A stretch of 64,000 nt of DNA from an uncultured Candidatus Rokubacteria bacterium (lineage in GTDB: Bacteria; Methylomirabilota; Methylomirabilia; Rokubacteriales; CSP1-6): NCBI GenBank assembly GCA_963771355.1, contig CAVYTA010000005.1, positions 256,001 through 320,000 of the forward strand, in the 5' to 3' direction. Below are positions 9,010-27,073 of the stretch, piece by piece (the stretch's first letter is position 1; every line of letters begins with the position of its first letter). A program made the translations under genes and the position numbers. Below the pieces are notes generated by a model. That model had not been told where the DNA came from, searched no databases, and was given only the letters and a program-made list of their open reading frames with translations.

Positions 9010-9739
9010 ATGGAGCGCGTCCTCTTCGACCACATCGCCCTCGGCCTGCCCCGTATCGCCGACGCGGCCCCCGTGCTCGCCGGCGTTGCTGGGCGGCGTG
9101 CCCGACGGCGGCCGGCCCTCGGGGGTCTTCCGCTGGGCCACCTGGGCCTACGAGGGCGGTGGGCAGATCGAGGTGATCGAGCCCACCGGTGACGACGGAT
9201 TCGTCCACCGCTTCCTGGCCCAGCGCGGGCCCGGTGTCCACCACGTGACCTTCAAGGTGCCGAGCACTCGCGCGGCCTGCGACCGCGCGCGGGCGCTCGG
9301 GCTCAATCCGGTGGGCTTCGACGACTCGGATCCCAACTGGATCGAGGCCTTTCTCCATCCCAAGGAGTCGCTGGGCATCGTGGTCCAGCTCGCGGAGTCC
9401 CGCGGAGTCGAGACGGGCGCGGAGCGGCCGCAGCAGCCGCCGCCCGGCGTTCCCGATCCGCCGCCCCCGCTCACGCTGCTCGGGTTGCGGCTCCGCGCGC
9501 ATAGCCGCGAGCGGGCCGACCGCCAGTGGGGGCAGATTCTCCAGGGCGTCGCGGAGGCGAGCGGGCCCGATGCGGTGACGTATCGCTGGCCGGGCTCGCC
9601 GATGCGCCTGGTGGTGGAGCTCGACCCGCGCGGCGACGAGGGCCCGCTGGCGCTCGAGTTCGCGAGTGGACGGCGCGTGCCGCTTCCCGCGGGGCCGCAT
9701 CCCGCCCTGGGCGTGGCGCTCACGCAGCGCCAGGAGTAG
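9010..9739 (+). CDS. VOC/glyoxalase family protein (methylmalonyl-CoA epimerase-like); +1 frameshift near 9086
   Basis: FDHIAL in the first frame; IEVIEP, RFLAQRGPGVHHVTFKV, FLHPKESLGIVVQLAE in the second. Confidence 0.8.
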
Positions 9740-9755
9740 AGAGGATTCTGCCCCG

Positions 9756-9836
9756 ATGACATACGAGAGCATCCGACTCGATCACCGCGACGGGGTGTCC
9801 ACCATCACGCTGGACCGGCCGCCGGTCAACGTCTAG
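9756..9836 (+). pseudogene. 26-codon N-terminal remnant of an enoyl-CoA hydratase/crotonase
   Basis: MTYESIRLDHRDGVSTITLDRPPVNV* matches the crotonase N-terminal ITL(N/D)RP..N pattern. Confidence 0.7.
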
Positions 9837-9845
9837 CCTCGTCCG

Positions 9846-12018
9846 ATGACCGCCATCCTCCACGCCGCCCACCTCGGGGCCGATCGCGTCCAACCCCGCG
9901 TCGGCGTCGACCGCATCCTGCATCCCCGCTCGGTGGCGGTGTTCGGCGCCTCCGACAGCAAGGACAAGTTCGGCGGCCGCATCATGCACTTCCTCCTGCG
10001 CCACGGCTTTCCGGGGGAGGTCTATCCCATCAACCTGCGCCGCACCGAGGTGCTGGGTCGCCGCGCCTATCCCGATATCGGCGCGGCTCCGCGCCGACGT
10101 GGACGTCGCCATCCTCGCGGTGCCCTCCGAGTCCCTGGTGCGCAGCGTGAGCGAGGCCGCGGCGGCCGGCGTCGGCGGCTGCGTCATCATCTCCACCGGC
10201 TTCGCGGAGGCGGGCGAGGAAGGGCGCGCGCGCCAGGCGGCTTTGGTGGAGATCGTGCGGCAGACCGGCATCCGCCTGGTGGGGCCCAACTGCATGGGGC
10301 TCATCGTCCCCCATCATCGCCTGGCCCTCTGCTCGTCCGTGGTGCTCGACACCGACCGGCTCCGCGACGGGCCCATCGGGCTGGTGAGCCAGAGCGGCGC
10401 CTTGATGGTCTCGATCTTCGACCGGGCCGGCACCGACGGCATCGGCTTCCGCCACTGCGTCTCCATGGGCAATCAGGTGGACCTGGAGATCTGTGACTTC
10501 CTCGAGTACCTGGTCGAGGACGCGGGCACCGAGGCCATCTGCCTCTACGTGGAAGGCCTGCTGGACGGCGCGCGCTTCCGCCGGGGCCTCGCCGCCGCCC
10601 GCCGCGCGGGCAAGCCGGTGCTGGTGGTGAAGACCGGGCGCACCGAGGCCGGCGTGCGGTCGGCGCGCTCGCACACCGCGAGCCTCGCCGGGGCCTTCGA
10701 GGTGTTCGAGGCGGTGTGCCGCGAGGAGGGCGCGGTGCTGGCCCGCGATCCCGACGACATGGTGCGCGCGGCGCATTTCCTCGTCCGCCACCGGAAGCCG
10801 CGGCGGGGCGGGGTCGGCGTGATCTCCTCCTCGGGCGGCGGCACCGGGATCGCGTCCGACCGGCTCACCGAGCTGGGGGTGCCGCTCGCCGTGCTGAGCC
10901 CCGGCACCCGCGCGGCGCTCGGCGAGCTCTTGCTCCCGCTCCAGGCGGACAACCCGGTCGACCTCGGGGGACGCAAGGCGCCCGAGGAGGTGGAGATCTC
11001 GGGCGACGTCTCGCGGCTGCTCTTCGACGATCCCGGCGTGGCCTACGGCCTCGTGATCCTCACCTCGATGCCGTTCTTCTCCGCGCGCAGCCGGCTCATG
11101 GCCGAGGCAGCGCAGAAGGCCGACAAGCCCGTGATGATCGCGTTCACGCCGGGAGCGGCGGCGGACGGGCCGCGCCAGGCGCTGCGGGACATCGGCCAGT
11201 TCTTCTTCGACCGCACGGAGGACGCGCTGCGCGTCCTGGTGCTGCTGGCCGAGCACGACGCGCTCCGCGTCGGCGCGCCGGCGGCGCCACTCCGCCCGGA
11301 TGGGCTGCCGGCGCCCTCCGCCCTCGCCACTCTTCCCCCGGGGCCGCTCACCGAGAGCGAGGTCAAGCGCCTGCTCGCGGGCTACGGGATCGCGGTGGCC
11401 AGGGAAGCGGTGGCCCCCACGCCGGCGGCCGCCGCCGCGGAAGCCGCGCGCCTGGGCTTTCCCGTTGCGCTCAAGGCGGTGTCGCGCCAGATCGCGCACA
11501 AGAGCGACGTGGGCGCGGTACGGCTCGACCTGGCCACGCCGGAGGCGGTGCGGGCGGCGGCGGAGGAGATGGCGCGCGCGCTGGCCGTCTCGGCGCCGGA
11601 CGCCGCGCTGGAGGGCTTCTCCGTGCAGGAGATGGTGCGGGGCGAGGCGGAGGTCATCGTGGGCGCCCGGCGCGATCCGCACTTCGGGCCCATCGCCATG
11701 GTGGGGCTGGGCGGAATCGCGGTGGAGATCCTCAAGGACGTGGTGGTGGCGCCGGCGCCGCTGTCCCCGGACCGCGCCCGCGCCATGCTCGCCGCCCTCC
11801 GCATGGCGCCGCTCCTTGCCGGCGCGCGCGGCCGCCCGCCGCTCGACGTGGACGCCATCGGGGACGCGCTGGTGCGCCTCTCCTGGCTCGCCGCCGACCT
11901 CGGGCCGCGCCTCATCGACCTGGAAGTGAATCCGCTCATCGTGCGGCGCGCCGGCATGGGCGCGGTGGCGGTGGACGGCCGTGGAACGCTTGCCGATATC
12001 CCCAAGGAGGAATCTTGA
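9846..12018 (+). CDS. NDP-forming acyl-CoA synthetase (acetate-CoA ligase family, CoA-binding plus ATP-grasp); +1 frameshift near 10090
   Basis: PRSVAVFGAS, GPNCMG, SQSGA, SHTASLAG (phospho-His), NPVDL, GFPVALK, HKSDVGAV, EVNPL. Confidence 0.88.
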
Positions 12019-12020
12019 CC

Positions 12021-13529
12021 ATGACCCGGATCCGCATCGTGCTCGCCGTCCTCGCGCTCACTCTCGCCGCCGCGGCCCCCGCGGGCGCGCAGGGGGTGCT
12101 GCGCATCGGGCTCAACGACGACCCCGACGCGATCGACCCCACCATCAGCCGCGCCTATGTGGGCCGGCTGGTGTTCGCCGCCGTCTGCGACAAGCTCTTC
12201 GACGTCACCCCCGATCTCCGCATCGTTCCGCAGCTCGCCACCGGCTACGAATGGGCGGCGGACAGCCGGTCCCTCCTCATCAAGCTGCGGCCGGGGGTGA
12301 AGTTCCACGACGGCGAGCCGCTGAACGGCGAGGCGGTGAAGTTCAATATCGAGCGGCACATCAACACGCCCGGCTCCTTCCGGAAGTCGGAGATCGGCGA
12401 CATCAAGACGGTGGAGGTGGTCAACGACCTCACCGTGCGCCTGCACCTCTCCCAGCCCCTGGTGCCGCTCCTCGCCGCTCTCACCGACCGCGCCGGGATG
12501 ATGGTGTCGCCCAAGGCGGCCCGCGAGCTCGGGGACAAGTTCGGCACCCGGCCGGTCTGCGCGGGGCCCTTCAAGTTCGTCGAGCGCGTGGCGCAGGGCA
12601 AGATCGTCACCGAGCGTTTCGCCGACTACTGGGATAAGGGCAACATCCACCTCGACCGGGTGGAGTTCGTCCCCATCCTCGATTCCACCGCCCGCTCGGC
12701 CAGCCTGCGCTCGGGTGACCTCCAGATGATGGAGCGCGTCTCGCCCGCGGACCTGGAGCAGCTCCGCTCCGACAGCCGGATCAAGGTCACCGGCGTGCCC
12801 GAGCTGGGCTACCAGGTCATCCGGCTCAACGTGAACAATGGCCCCCGGGGGAAGCTGCTCGGGGCCGACGTGCGCCTGCGCCAGGCCATCGATCTCGCCA
12901 TCGACCGCGAGACCCTGGTGAAGGCGGTGTTCAACAACGAGTACATCCCGGGCAATCAGTGGGTGAGCCCCAGCAGCCCCTACTACAACGCGAAGCTCCC
13001 GGTGCGGAAGCGGGACGTGGCCCGGGCCAAGCAGCTTCTGCGCGAGGCGGGACAGCCCAACCTCACCTTTACGCTCATCCTGCCGCCGGAGCGGGACCGC
13101 CAGGAGGCGGCCCAGGTGATCCAGGCCATGCTCGCCGAGGCCGGCATCACGATGAATCTCCAGACGCAGGAAAACGTCACCATGCTGCAGTCGGGGAAGA
13201 AGGGCGACTTCGAGGCCTACTTCACCTTCTGGAGCGGCCGGCCGGACCCCGATGGCAATGCGTACACCCACTTCGTCTGCGAGGGCGCCCAGAACGACAG
13301 CCACCACTGCAACAAGGATCTCGACGCGCTCCTCCTCAAGGCGCGCCAGGTGGCCGATCCCAAGGAGCGGAAGAAGCTTTACGACCAGGGTATCGAGCTC
13401 GTCCTGCGGGACGCGCCCGCGCTCATGCTCTGGCACCGGCGCGTGTTCACCGGCATGAGCGGCAAGGTGCAGGGGTTCACGCCCTATCCCGACGGGATCA
13501 TCCGCCTCCGGGGCCTGAAGCTGTCCTGA
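12021..13529 (+). CDS. ABC transporter substrate-binding protein, family 5 (Dpp/Opp-like)
   Basis: AAGGAGG RBS, signal peptide, LRPGVKFHDGEPL, AGPFKF. Confidence 0.92.
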   Translation: MTRIRIVLAVLALTLAAAAPAGAQGVLRIGLNDDPDAIDPTISRAYVGRLVFAAVCDKLFDVTPDLRIVPQLATGYEWAADSRSLLIKLRPGVKFHDGEPLNGEAVKFNIERHINTPGSFRKSEIGDIKTVEVVNDLTVRLHLSQPLVPLLAALTDRAGMMVSPKAARELGDKFGTRPVCAGPFKFVERVAQGKIVTERFADYWDKGNIHLDRVEFVPILDSTARSASLRSGDLQMMERVSPADLEQLRSDSRIKVTGVPELGYQVIRLNVNNGPRGKLLGADVRLRQAIDLAIDRETLVKAVFNNEYIPGNQWVSPSSPYYNAKLPVRKRDVARAKQLLREAGQPNLTFTLILPPERDRQEAAQVIQAMLAEAGITMNLQTQENVTMLQSGKKGDFEAYFTFWSGRPDPDGNAYTHFVCEGAQNDSHHCNKDLDALLLKARQVADPKERKKLYDQGIELVLRDAPALMLWHRRVFTGMSGKVQGFTPYPDGIIRLRGLKLS

Positions 13530-13530
13530 C

Positions 13531-14478
13531 GTGACGCTTCCGGTTTACGTCGCGCAGCGGCTGGCGGTGCTGGTGCCGACGCTCTTCTTCGTCTCCGTCA
13601 TGATCTTCTCGCTGCAGCAGCTCCTGCCCGGTGATCCCGCCCTCGCGCTGGCCGGCGAGGAGCGGGATCCGCAGGCGGTGGAGGCGATCCGGAAGAAGTA
13701 TCACCTCGACCAGCCGCTGCCGGTCCAGTACGGGATCTGGATGGGCAAGGTCCTCCGCGGCGACTTCGGCGAGTCGCTCCGCAACAAGATTCCCGTGTCC
13801 GAGCTGCTCCTCTCCAAGCTCCCGGTGACGGTGGAGCTGGCCCTGGCCTCCATGGCGATCGCGCTCATCCTCGGCATCCCGGCCGGCATCATCTCCGCCG
13901 CCCGCAAGGGCACTCCGCTGGACGTGACCGCCAACCTCCTGGCCCTCACCGGGCTCTCGGTGCCGCACTTCTGGCTGGGCATCATGCTCATCCTGCTCTT
14001 CGCGGTGCAGCTCGGCTGGCTGCCCGCCTCGGGCTACGTGCCGCCCTGGGAGGACCTGAAAAAGAACCTCACCACGCTCCTGATGCCCGCCTTCGTGCTC
14101 GGCACCGGGGTGGCGGGCGTGATGATGCGCCACACGCGCGGGGCCATGCTCTCCGTGCTGGGCGCCGACTACGTGCGCACCGCGCGGGCCAAGAGCCTGC
14201 CGGAGCGCACGGTGATCCTCAAGCACGCGCTCCGCAACGCCCTCATCCCGGTCATCACCCTGGGCGCGATCGAGTTCGGGCGCCTCCTCGCGGGGGCCGT
14301 CCTCACCGAGCAGATCTTCGCCATCCCCGGCTTCGGCAAGCTCCTGGTGGACGGCGTGTTCAACCGCGACTACGCGGTGGTGCAGGGGGTGGTGCTGGTC
14401 TCGGCCACGCTTTTCGTGCTGCTCAATCTCGCCGCCGACATCCTCTACTTCCTCGCCAATCCGCGGCTGCGGGGCTGA
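13531..14478 (+). CDS. Peptide/nickel ABC permease (DppB-like)
   Basis: LPGDPA, GDFGES, DYVRTARAKSL, RDYAVVQG. Confidence 0.92.
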   Translation: MTLPVYVAQRLAVLVPTLFFVSVMIFSLQQLLPGDPALALAGEERDPQAVEAIRKKYHLDQPLPVQYGIWMGKVLRGDFGESLRNKIPVSELLLSKLPVTVELALASMAIALILGIPAGIISAARKGTPLDVTANLLALTGLSVPHFWLGIMLILLFAVQLGWLPASGYVPPWEDLKKNLTTLLMPAFVLGTGVAGVMMRHTRGAMLSVLGADYVRTARAKSLPERTVILKHALRNALIPVITLGAIEFGRLLAGAVLTEQIFAIPGFGKLLVDGVFNRDYAVVQGVVLVSATLFVLLNLAADILYFLANPRLRG

Positions 14479-14479
14479 C

Positions 14480-15331
14480 GTGGCCGATCCCCCGATCGCG
14501 CGGCGCTCCCACGTGCTGCGCCGGCTCCTGCGGCGCCCGCCCTCGGTCATCGCCGCCGGCGTGGTGCTCCTCTTCGTGGGGCTCGCGGTGGCGGCGCCCC
14601 ACGTGGCGCCCTTCGATCCCGTGGCGACGAACTTCCTCGCCGTGCGCAAGCCGCCCTCCGCCGTCTATCGCCTCGGCACCGACGAGGTCGGGCGCGACGT
14701 ACTGTCGCGGCTCATCTGGGGCGCCCGCGCCTCGCTGCTCGCCGGGGTGATCCCGGTGTCCATCGCGGTGGTGGTGAGCATTCCCCTCGGCCTCTTCTCC
14801 GGCCTCGTCGGCGGCTGGATCGACGGGCTCATCATGCGGCTCACCGATGCCATGCTGGCCATTCCCTTCCTCATCGTGGCCATCGCGCTGGCCGCCTTCC
14901 TGGGCCCGAGCCTCACCAATGCCATGATCGCGATCGGGATCGCCGCCCTGCCCACCTTCCTCCGGCTCGCCCGGGGCACCGTGCTCGGCATCAAGACGGA
15001 GGACTACGTGGAATCCGCCCGCGCGCTCGGCTGCTCGCGCCCGCGCATCGCGCTCCGCCACGTGCTGCCCAACATGGTGCCCCCGCTCCTGATCCAGGCG
15101 AGCATCACGGTGGCCGCGGCCATCATCGCGGAGGCGAGCCTGTCCTTCCTGGGGCTCGGGCAGCAGCCCCCCGCGCCGTCCTGGGGCAGCATGCTCAACG
15201 CCGCGCAGCGCTACCTGTCCCAGGCGCCGTGGATGGCGCTCTATCCGGGCCTGATGATATTCTTCATCGTGATGGCGCTGAACGTGCTCGGCGACGGGCT
15301 GCGCGACGCGCTGGACCCGAAGCATTACTAA
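14480..15331 (+). CDS. Peptide/nickel ABC permease (DppC-like)
   Basis: LGTDEVGRD, EASLSFLGLG, GDGLRDALDP. Confidence 0.92.
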   Translation: MADPPIARRSHVLRRLLRRPPSVIAAGVVLLFVGLAVAAPHVAPFDPVATNFLAVRKPPSAVYRLGTDEVGRDVLSRLIWGARASLLAGVIPVSIAVVVSIPLGLFSGLVGGWIDGLIMRLTDAMLAIPFLIVAIALAAFLGPSLTNAMIAIGIAALPTFLRLARGTVLGIKTEDYVESARALGCSRPRIALRHVLPNMVPPLLIQASITVAAAIIAEASLSFLGLGQQPPAPSWGSMLNAAQRYLSQAPWMALYPGLMIFFIVMALNVLGDGLRDALDPKHY

Positions 15332-15345
15332 GGAGACATGATCCG

Positions 15346-16374
15346 ATGCGCGAGATCCTGATGCAGCCGGTGGCGGGGCCCCGGGCGTGGCGGGGCGAGG
15401 GGCTGGCCCGCGAGACGTCCTGGGCCGAGACGCTCGGCGCGGCGGAGATCGCCGACATCGAACGCGCGCTGGCCACCGCCAAGGCCAGCGGGCGGACCGT
15501 GGAGGAGATCGACCGCGAGCACTTTCCGCTCACCGTGACGCGGGAGCGGCTGGCCCGCGTCCTCGACGAGGTCTATGGAGGGCGCGGGTTCGTCCTCCTG
15601 CGCGGCCTTCCCGTCGAGCGCTACGACGACGACGACGTGGGGCTCATCCTCTGGGGCCTCGGGCGCTATCTGGGTTCGCCGCTCTACCAGAACCCCCAGG
15701 GAGAGCTGCTGGGCCACGTCTACGATCACGGCCGCGCCTACGGGCAGATCGACGTGCGCGGGTACGAGACCAACGCCTACCTGCCGTATCACACCGACGG
15801 CTGCGACCTGGTGGGGCTGCTCTGCCTGCGCAAGGGCCTCGAGGGCGGGCTCAGCAGCATCGTGAGCTCGGTGACGGTGCACAACGAGATCCTGGCCCGG
15901 CATCCGGAGTACATGGGCCTCCTCTACAACGGCTTCTACTACATCCGCCGCGAGGAAGCGCTCGGGTCCAAGGGCGTCTCCGACCGGCCGGTGCCGGTGT
16001 TCGGCGCCAAGGACGGCGTGGTGAGCTGCCGCTACATCCGCAACCAGATCAACGCGGGCGCGGTGAAGCGGGAGACGCCGCACACCACGCTGGAGAAGGC
16101 CGCGCTCGATTTCCTGGACGAGCAGACGCGCCGCGCCGATCTGCGTCTGGACATGGACCTCCAGCCCGGGGACGTCCAGCTCTGCAACAACTACACGATC
16201 CTGCACTCACGGACCGGGTTTCGCGATGGGCCCGAGCGGCACCAGCAGCGCCACATGCTGCGCCTCTGGCTCAAGTTCCCGCAGCCCTGGCCGCTGGACC
16301 CGGAGTTCCCCGAGCAGCTCGGCTACCAGCGCGCGGAGGGGCCCCAGGGGAAGCCCGCCCTCGTCGAGGCCTGA
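15346..16374 (+). CDS. TauD/TfdA family Fe(II)/2-oxoglutarate dioxygenase
   Basis: GRGFVLLRG, YHTD (HxD), NNYTILHSR, RHMLRLWL. Confidence 0.87.
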   Translation: MREILMQPVAGPRAWRGEGLARETSWAETLGAAEIADIERALATAKASGRTVEEIDREHFPLTVTRERLARVLDEVYGGRGFVLLRGLPVERYDDDDVGLILWGLGRYLGSPLYQNPQGELLGHVYDHGRAYGQIDVRGYETNAYLPYHTDGCDLVGLLCLRKGLEGGLSSIVSSVTVHNEILARHPEYMGLLYNGFYYIRREEALGSKGVSDRPVPVFGAKDGVVSCRYIRNQINAGAVKRETPHTTLEKAALDFLDEQTRRADLRLDMDLQPGDVQLCNNYTILHSRTGFRDGPERHQQRHMLRLWLKFPQPWPLDPEFPEQLGYQRAEGPQGKPALVEA

Positions 16375-16377
16375 CCG

Positions 16378-17571
16378 CTAGCCCTCCAGCACGCCGCGGA
16401 GATAGTCGTTCAGGAAGCGGCCGGCGGGGTCCACCGCCCGCCGCGCCTTCCCGAAGCGCTCCCACTGGGGATAGAGCGCCCGCAGCTCCGCCGCGCGGTG
16501 GGTGTGGTGCTTGCCCCAGTGCGGCCGTCCCCGGTGGTTGCGGAACACGGCCTCCACGTCGGCGAAGAAGCGCTGGTACGGCCGCTCCGCCGCCTCGTGG
16601 ACCGAGATCGTCACGGTGGCGCGCCCCTGCGCCGGGCTCAGCGGGATCTCGTCGGCGGCCAGGGTCCGGTACTCGAGCGGCCACTGCACGTCGGGGAAGC
16701 GCGTCTGCATGAGGGCGCGGATCTCGCGGATGCAGTCGGGCCCCGCCGCCTCGGGCAGCGCGAATTCCGTCTCGTTGAACTTCACGTTGCGCTCCGAGGG
16801 GAAGATCTCGTCGCTCCACCCGATGCGCTCGCCCTCCCGCCCGGCCACGGACTCGGGGGCAGCCTCGGTCGGCTGGAGCGCCTTCATCTCGCAGCGGTCG
16901 GTGCGCGGGCGCCAGAAGAACTCGAAGTGACGGGTGGCGGCGATGCGCGCGTCGATGCGCGCCATGCACTCGTCGAAGGGCTCCTCCCACTTCCGCTCGT
17001 GGAGGCGGTAGGCGGGGAGCACGCGCAGGGTGATCTGGGTGAGCACGCCGAAGGCGCCGAGCCCGACGCGCGCGCAGTGGAAGAGCTCGGGCTCATGGTC
17101 GGCGTCGCAATCGACGAGCTCGCCCGCGGTGGAGACGAGGCGGAGTCCCGCCACCTGGGTCGAGATATTGCCGAGGCCACGCCCGGTGCCATGGGTGCCC
17201 GTGCTGATCGCCCCGGCAATCCCCTGCCGGTCGATATCGCCCATGTTGGCCATCGCGACGCCGTGCTGGCGGAGCAGGGGACCGAGCTGCTGGATGGTGC
17301 TGCCCGCCCAGACGGTGGCGAGCCCGGCCGCGCGATCGGCCGAGACCACGCCCTGGATCCCCGCGAGCGAGAGGAGCACTCCGTCGGAGGCGCACAGCGG
17401 GACGAAGGAATGACCGGTGGCGGCGACGCGCACGGGCTGGCCCGCCCGGACGGCGGCGCGCACGAGGTCGATGACCTCGGACTCGGTGGTGGGCGCGGCG
17501 CGGAGGGCCGGCCGGCAGGCGACCGAGCCCGACCAGTTCTGCCACTCGCCGGGCGAGGCCGGGCCCGTCAC
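16378..17571 (-). CDS. FAD-linked oxidase, D-arabinono-/L-gulono-1,4-lactone oxidase family
   Basis: GTGA overlap with the cyclase stop; WQNWSG, GHSF (covalent FAD His), GAISTGTHG, GRPHWGK. Confidence 0.87.
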   Translation of the reverse strand: MTGPASPGEWQNWSGSVACRPALRAAPTTESEVIDLVRAAVRAGQPVRVAATGHSFVPLCASDGVLLSLAGIQGVVSADRAAGLATVWAGSTIQQLGPLLRQHGVAMANMGDIDRQGIAGAISTGTHGTGRGLGNISTQVAGLRLVSTAGELVDCDADHEPELFHCARVGLGAFGVLTQITLRVLPAYRLHERKWEEPFDECMARIDARIAATRHFEFFWRPRTDRCEMKALQPTEAAPESVAGREGERIGWSDEIFPSERNVKFNETEFALPEAAGPDCIREIRALMQTRFPDVQWPLEYRTLAADEIPLSPAQGRATVTISVHEAAERPYQRFFADVEAVFRNHRGRPHWGKHHTHRAAELRALYPQWERFGKARRAVDPAGRFLNDYLRGVLEG

Positions 17572-18600
17572 TGTCGAGCGGGGACGGAGTAGATCTCGAC
17601 GGTGTGGCTTCGCGTCTTGAGCTGGACCGGCCCGTGCGCGTCGACGCGGACGTCCTTGCCCAGCCCGTTCCGCGTGTTCTCGTCGATCAGGATCGGCCGG
17701 CCGAGGACCTTGGTATGCGCCTCCAGGTGGGCGGCGAGATTCACCGTCTCGCCCACGCAGGTGTAGGTCACGCGCTGCTGCGTCCCCGTGAAGCCGGCGA
17801 CCAGCGGCCCCGCGGCGATACCGATGCCGATCCGGATCTCCGGCCGGTTCCGGAGGCTCTGCTCGCGGTTGAACCCCTCCACCAGCTCGAGCATGTCCAG
17901 GGCCGCCTGCACCGCGCGCTCCCGGTGGTCCGTGTGGGGCAGGGGCGCCCCGAAGATCGCCATCAGCCCGTCCCCGAGCATCTGGTTGACGATGCCGCCG
18001 TGACCGCCGATGGCGTCGAACATGAGCGTGTAGTAGCTGTTCAGCAGCTCGATCGTCTCCACCGGCGAGCGGGCCTCGGTGAGGCTGGTGAACGCGCGGA
18101 TGTCGGAGAACATCACGCTGGCCTCGACGTGCTTGCCCCCCAGCGTCAGGCCGGTCTTCAGGAGCTCTTCCGCCACCTCGGCGGTCGCGAACTGCCGGAA
18201 GAGCTCGCGCTGCCGGTCGCGCAGCCGCTTCTTCTCGAGGCTGGCGCCCACGCGCGCCCTCAGCAGCACCGGGTTGACCGGCTTGAAGAGGTAGTCCTCG
18301 GCGCCCATCTCGATGCACCGGGCCACGCTGTCCACCTCCTCCACCGAGGACATCATCACCACGGGGAGCTCCCGGAGGTGCGGATCGACGGCCAGGGCGG
18401 CCAGCACCTGATAGCCGTCCATCTCGGGCATCTCGATGTCCAGGAGGACGAGATCGACGGGAGTCTTGCGCAGGCCCTCGAGGGCCTCGCGCCCGTTCTC
18501 GGCGAACGTCACCGTGTGGCCGAGCTGCTCGAGGGCGCGCCCGAGCAAGAGCCGGTTCACCCGGTTGTCGTCCACCACGAGGAGCCGGCCGGACTGCGTG

Positions 18601-18617
<17 letters not shown>
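17568..18617 (-). CDS. Response regulator receiver fused to a class III nucleotidyl cyclase
   Basis: REC: VVDD, LLDIEMP, KP. Cyclase: FSDIRAFT, LGDGLMAIFG, GETVNLAAHLE. Confidence 0.9.
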
Positions 18618-26485
<7,868 letters not shown>

Positions 26486-26544
26486 GGGTGCCGCGACTGC
26501 GCGGCATTGGTCGCTAGGCTAGGCGAAAGCCCCCGCGCGGGCAA

Positions 26545-26582
26545 GTGAATCCTCCGCGACTAGGTGAATCCTCCGCGACTAG
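26545..26582. repeat. Perfect 19-bp tandem duplication
   Basis: GTGAATCCTCCGCGACTAG x2; the second copy contains the ybaK-like stop codon. Confidence 0.9.
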
Positions 26583-27073
26583 CCCGTCGGCGCCGCCTGG
26601 GCGAGGCCCGGCACGACCTGGACCCCGGCCAGTCGCAAGAGCGCCTGGGGCGAGATCTTCACCTTGGCCGAGCGGCTGCCCGCGCCGAGAATCATCCAAT
26701 CCAGCGCCATGATGCGGTCGTCCACGTAGACGGGCAGGTCGGGGGGCAGGGCGAGCACGGTGACGCCGCCGATCTGCATGCCGGTCAGCGCCATGGTCTC
26801 GTCCGCCGAGGCGAAGGAGACCCGGGAGGCGCCCATGAGGCGCTTCACCGCGTGGTTGACGTCCAGACGGGTATTGGCGAGGACGAGGCAAGCGGCGTAC
26901 TGCTTCGGCTCCTTCTTCGAAGCCACGATGATGGTATTCCCGCTGACGTCGAGGCCGTAGCCGTACTTCTCGCAGAAGGCGGCGGTGTCGGCGAAGGCGG
27001 GGTCGATCTCCACGATTTCGTACGGGACGCCGAGCCCGTCGAGGACCCGGCGTACCTGCGCGTCGTCGCTCAC
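26579..27073 (-). CDS. YbaK/EbsC family aminoacyl-tRNA deacylase-like protein
   Basis: GTGA overlap; SFASADETMALTGMQIGGVT, ILGAGSRSAKV. Confidence 0.82.
   Translation of the reverse strand: MSDDAQVRRVLDGLGVPYEIVEIDPAFADTAAFCEKYGYGLDVSGNTIIVASKKEPKQYAACLVLANTRLDVNHAVKRLMGASRVSFASADETMALTGMQIGGVTVLALPPDLPVYVDDRIMALDWMILGAGSRSAKVKISPQALLRLAGVQVVPGLAQAAPTG

Noticed and set aside
9834..9836. Pyrrolysine or other amber recoding
   Set aside because: No pyl genes are visible, TAG is used as a normal stop throughout the window, and read-through would add only a truncated crotonase fragment.
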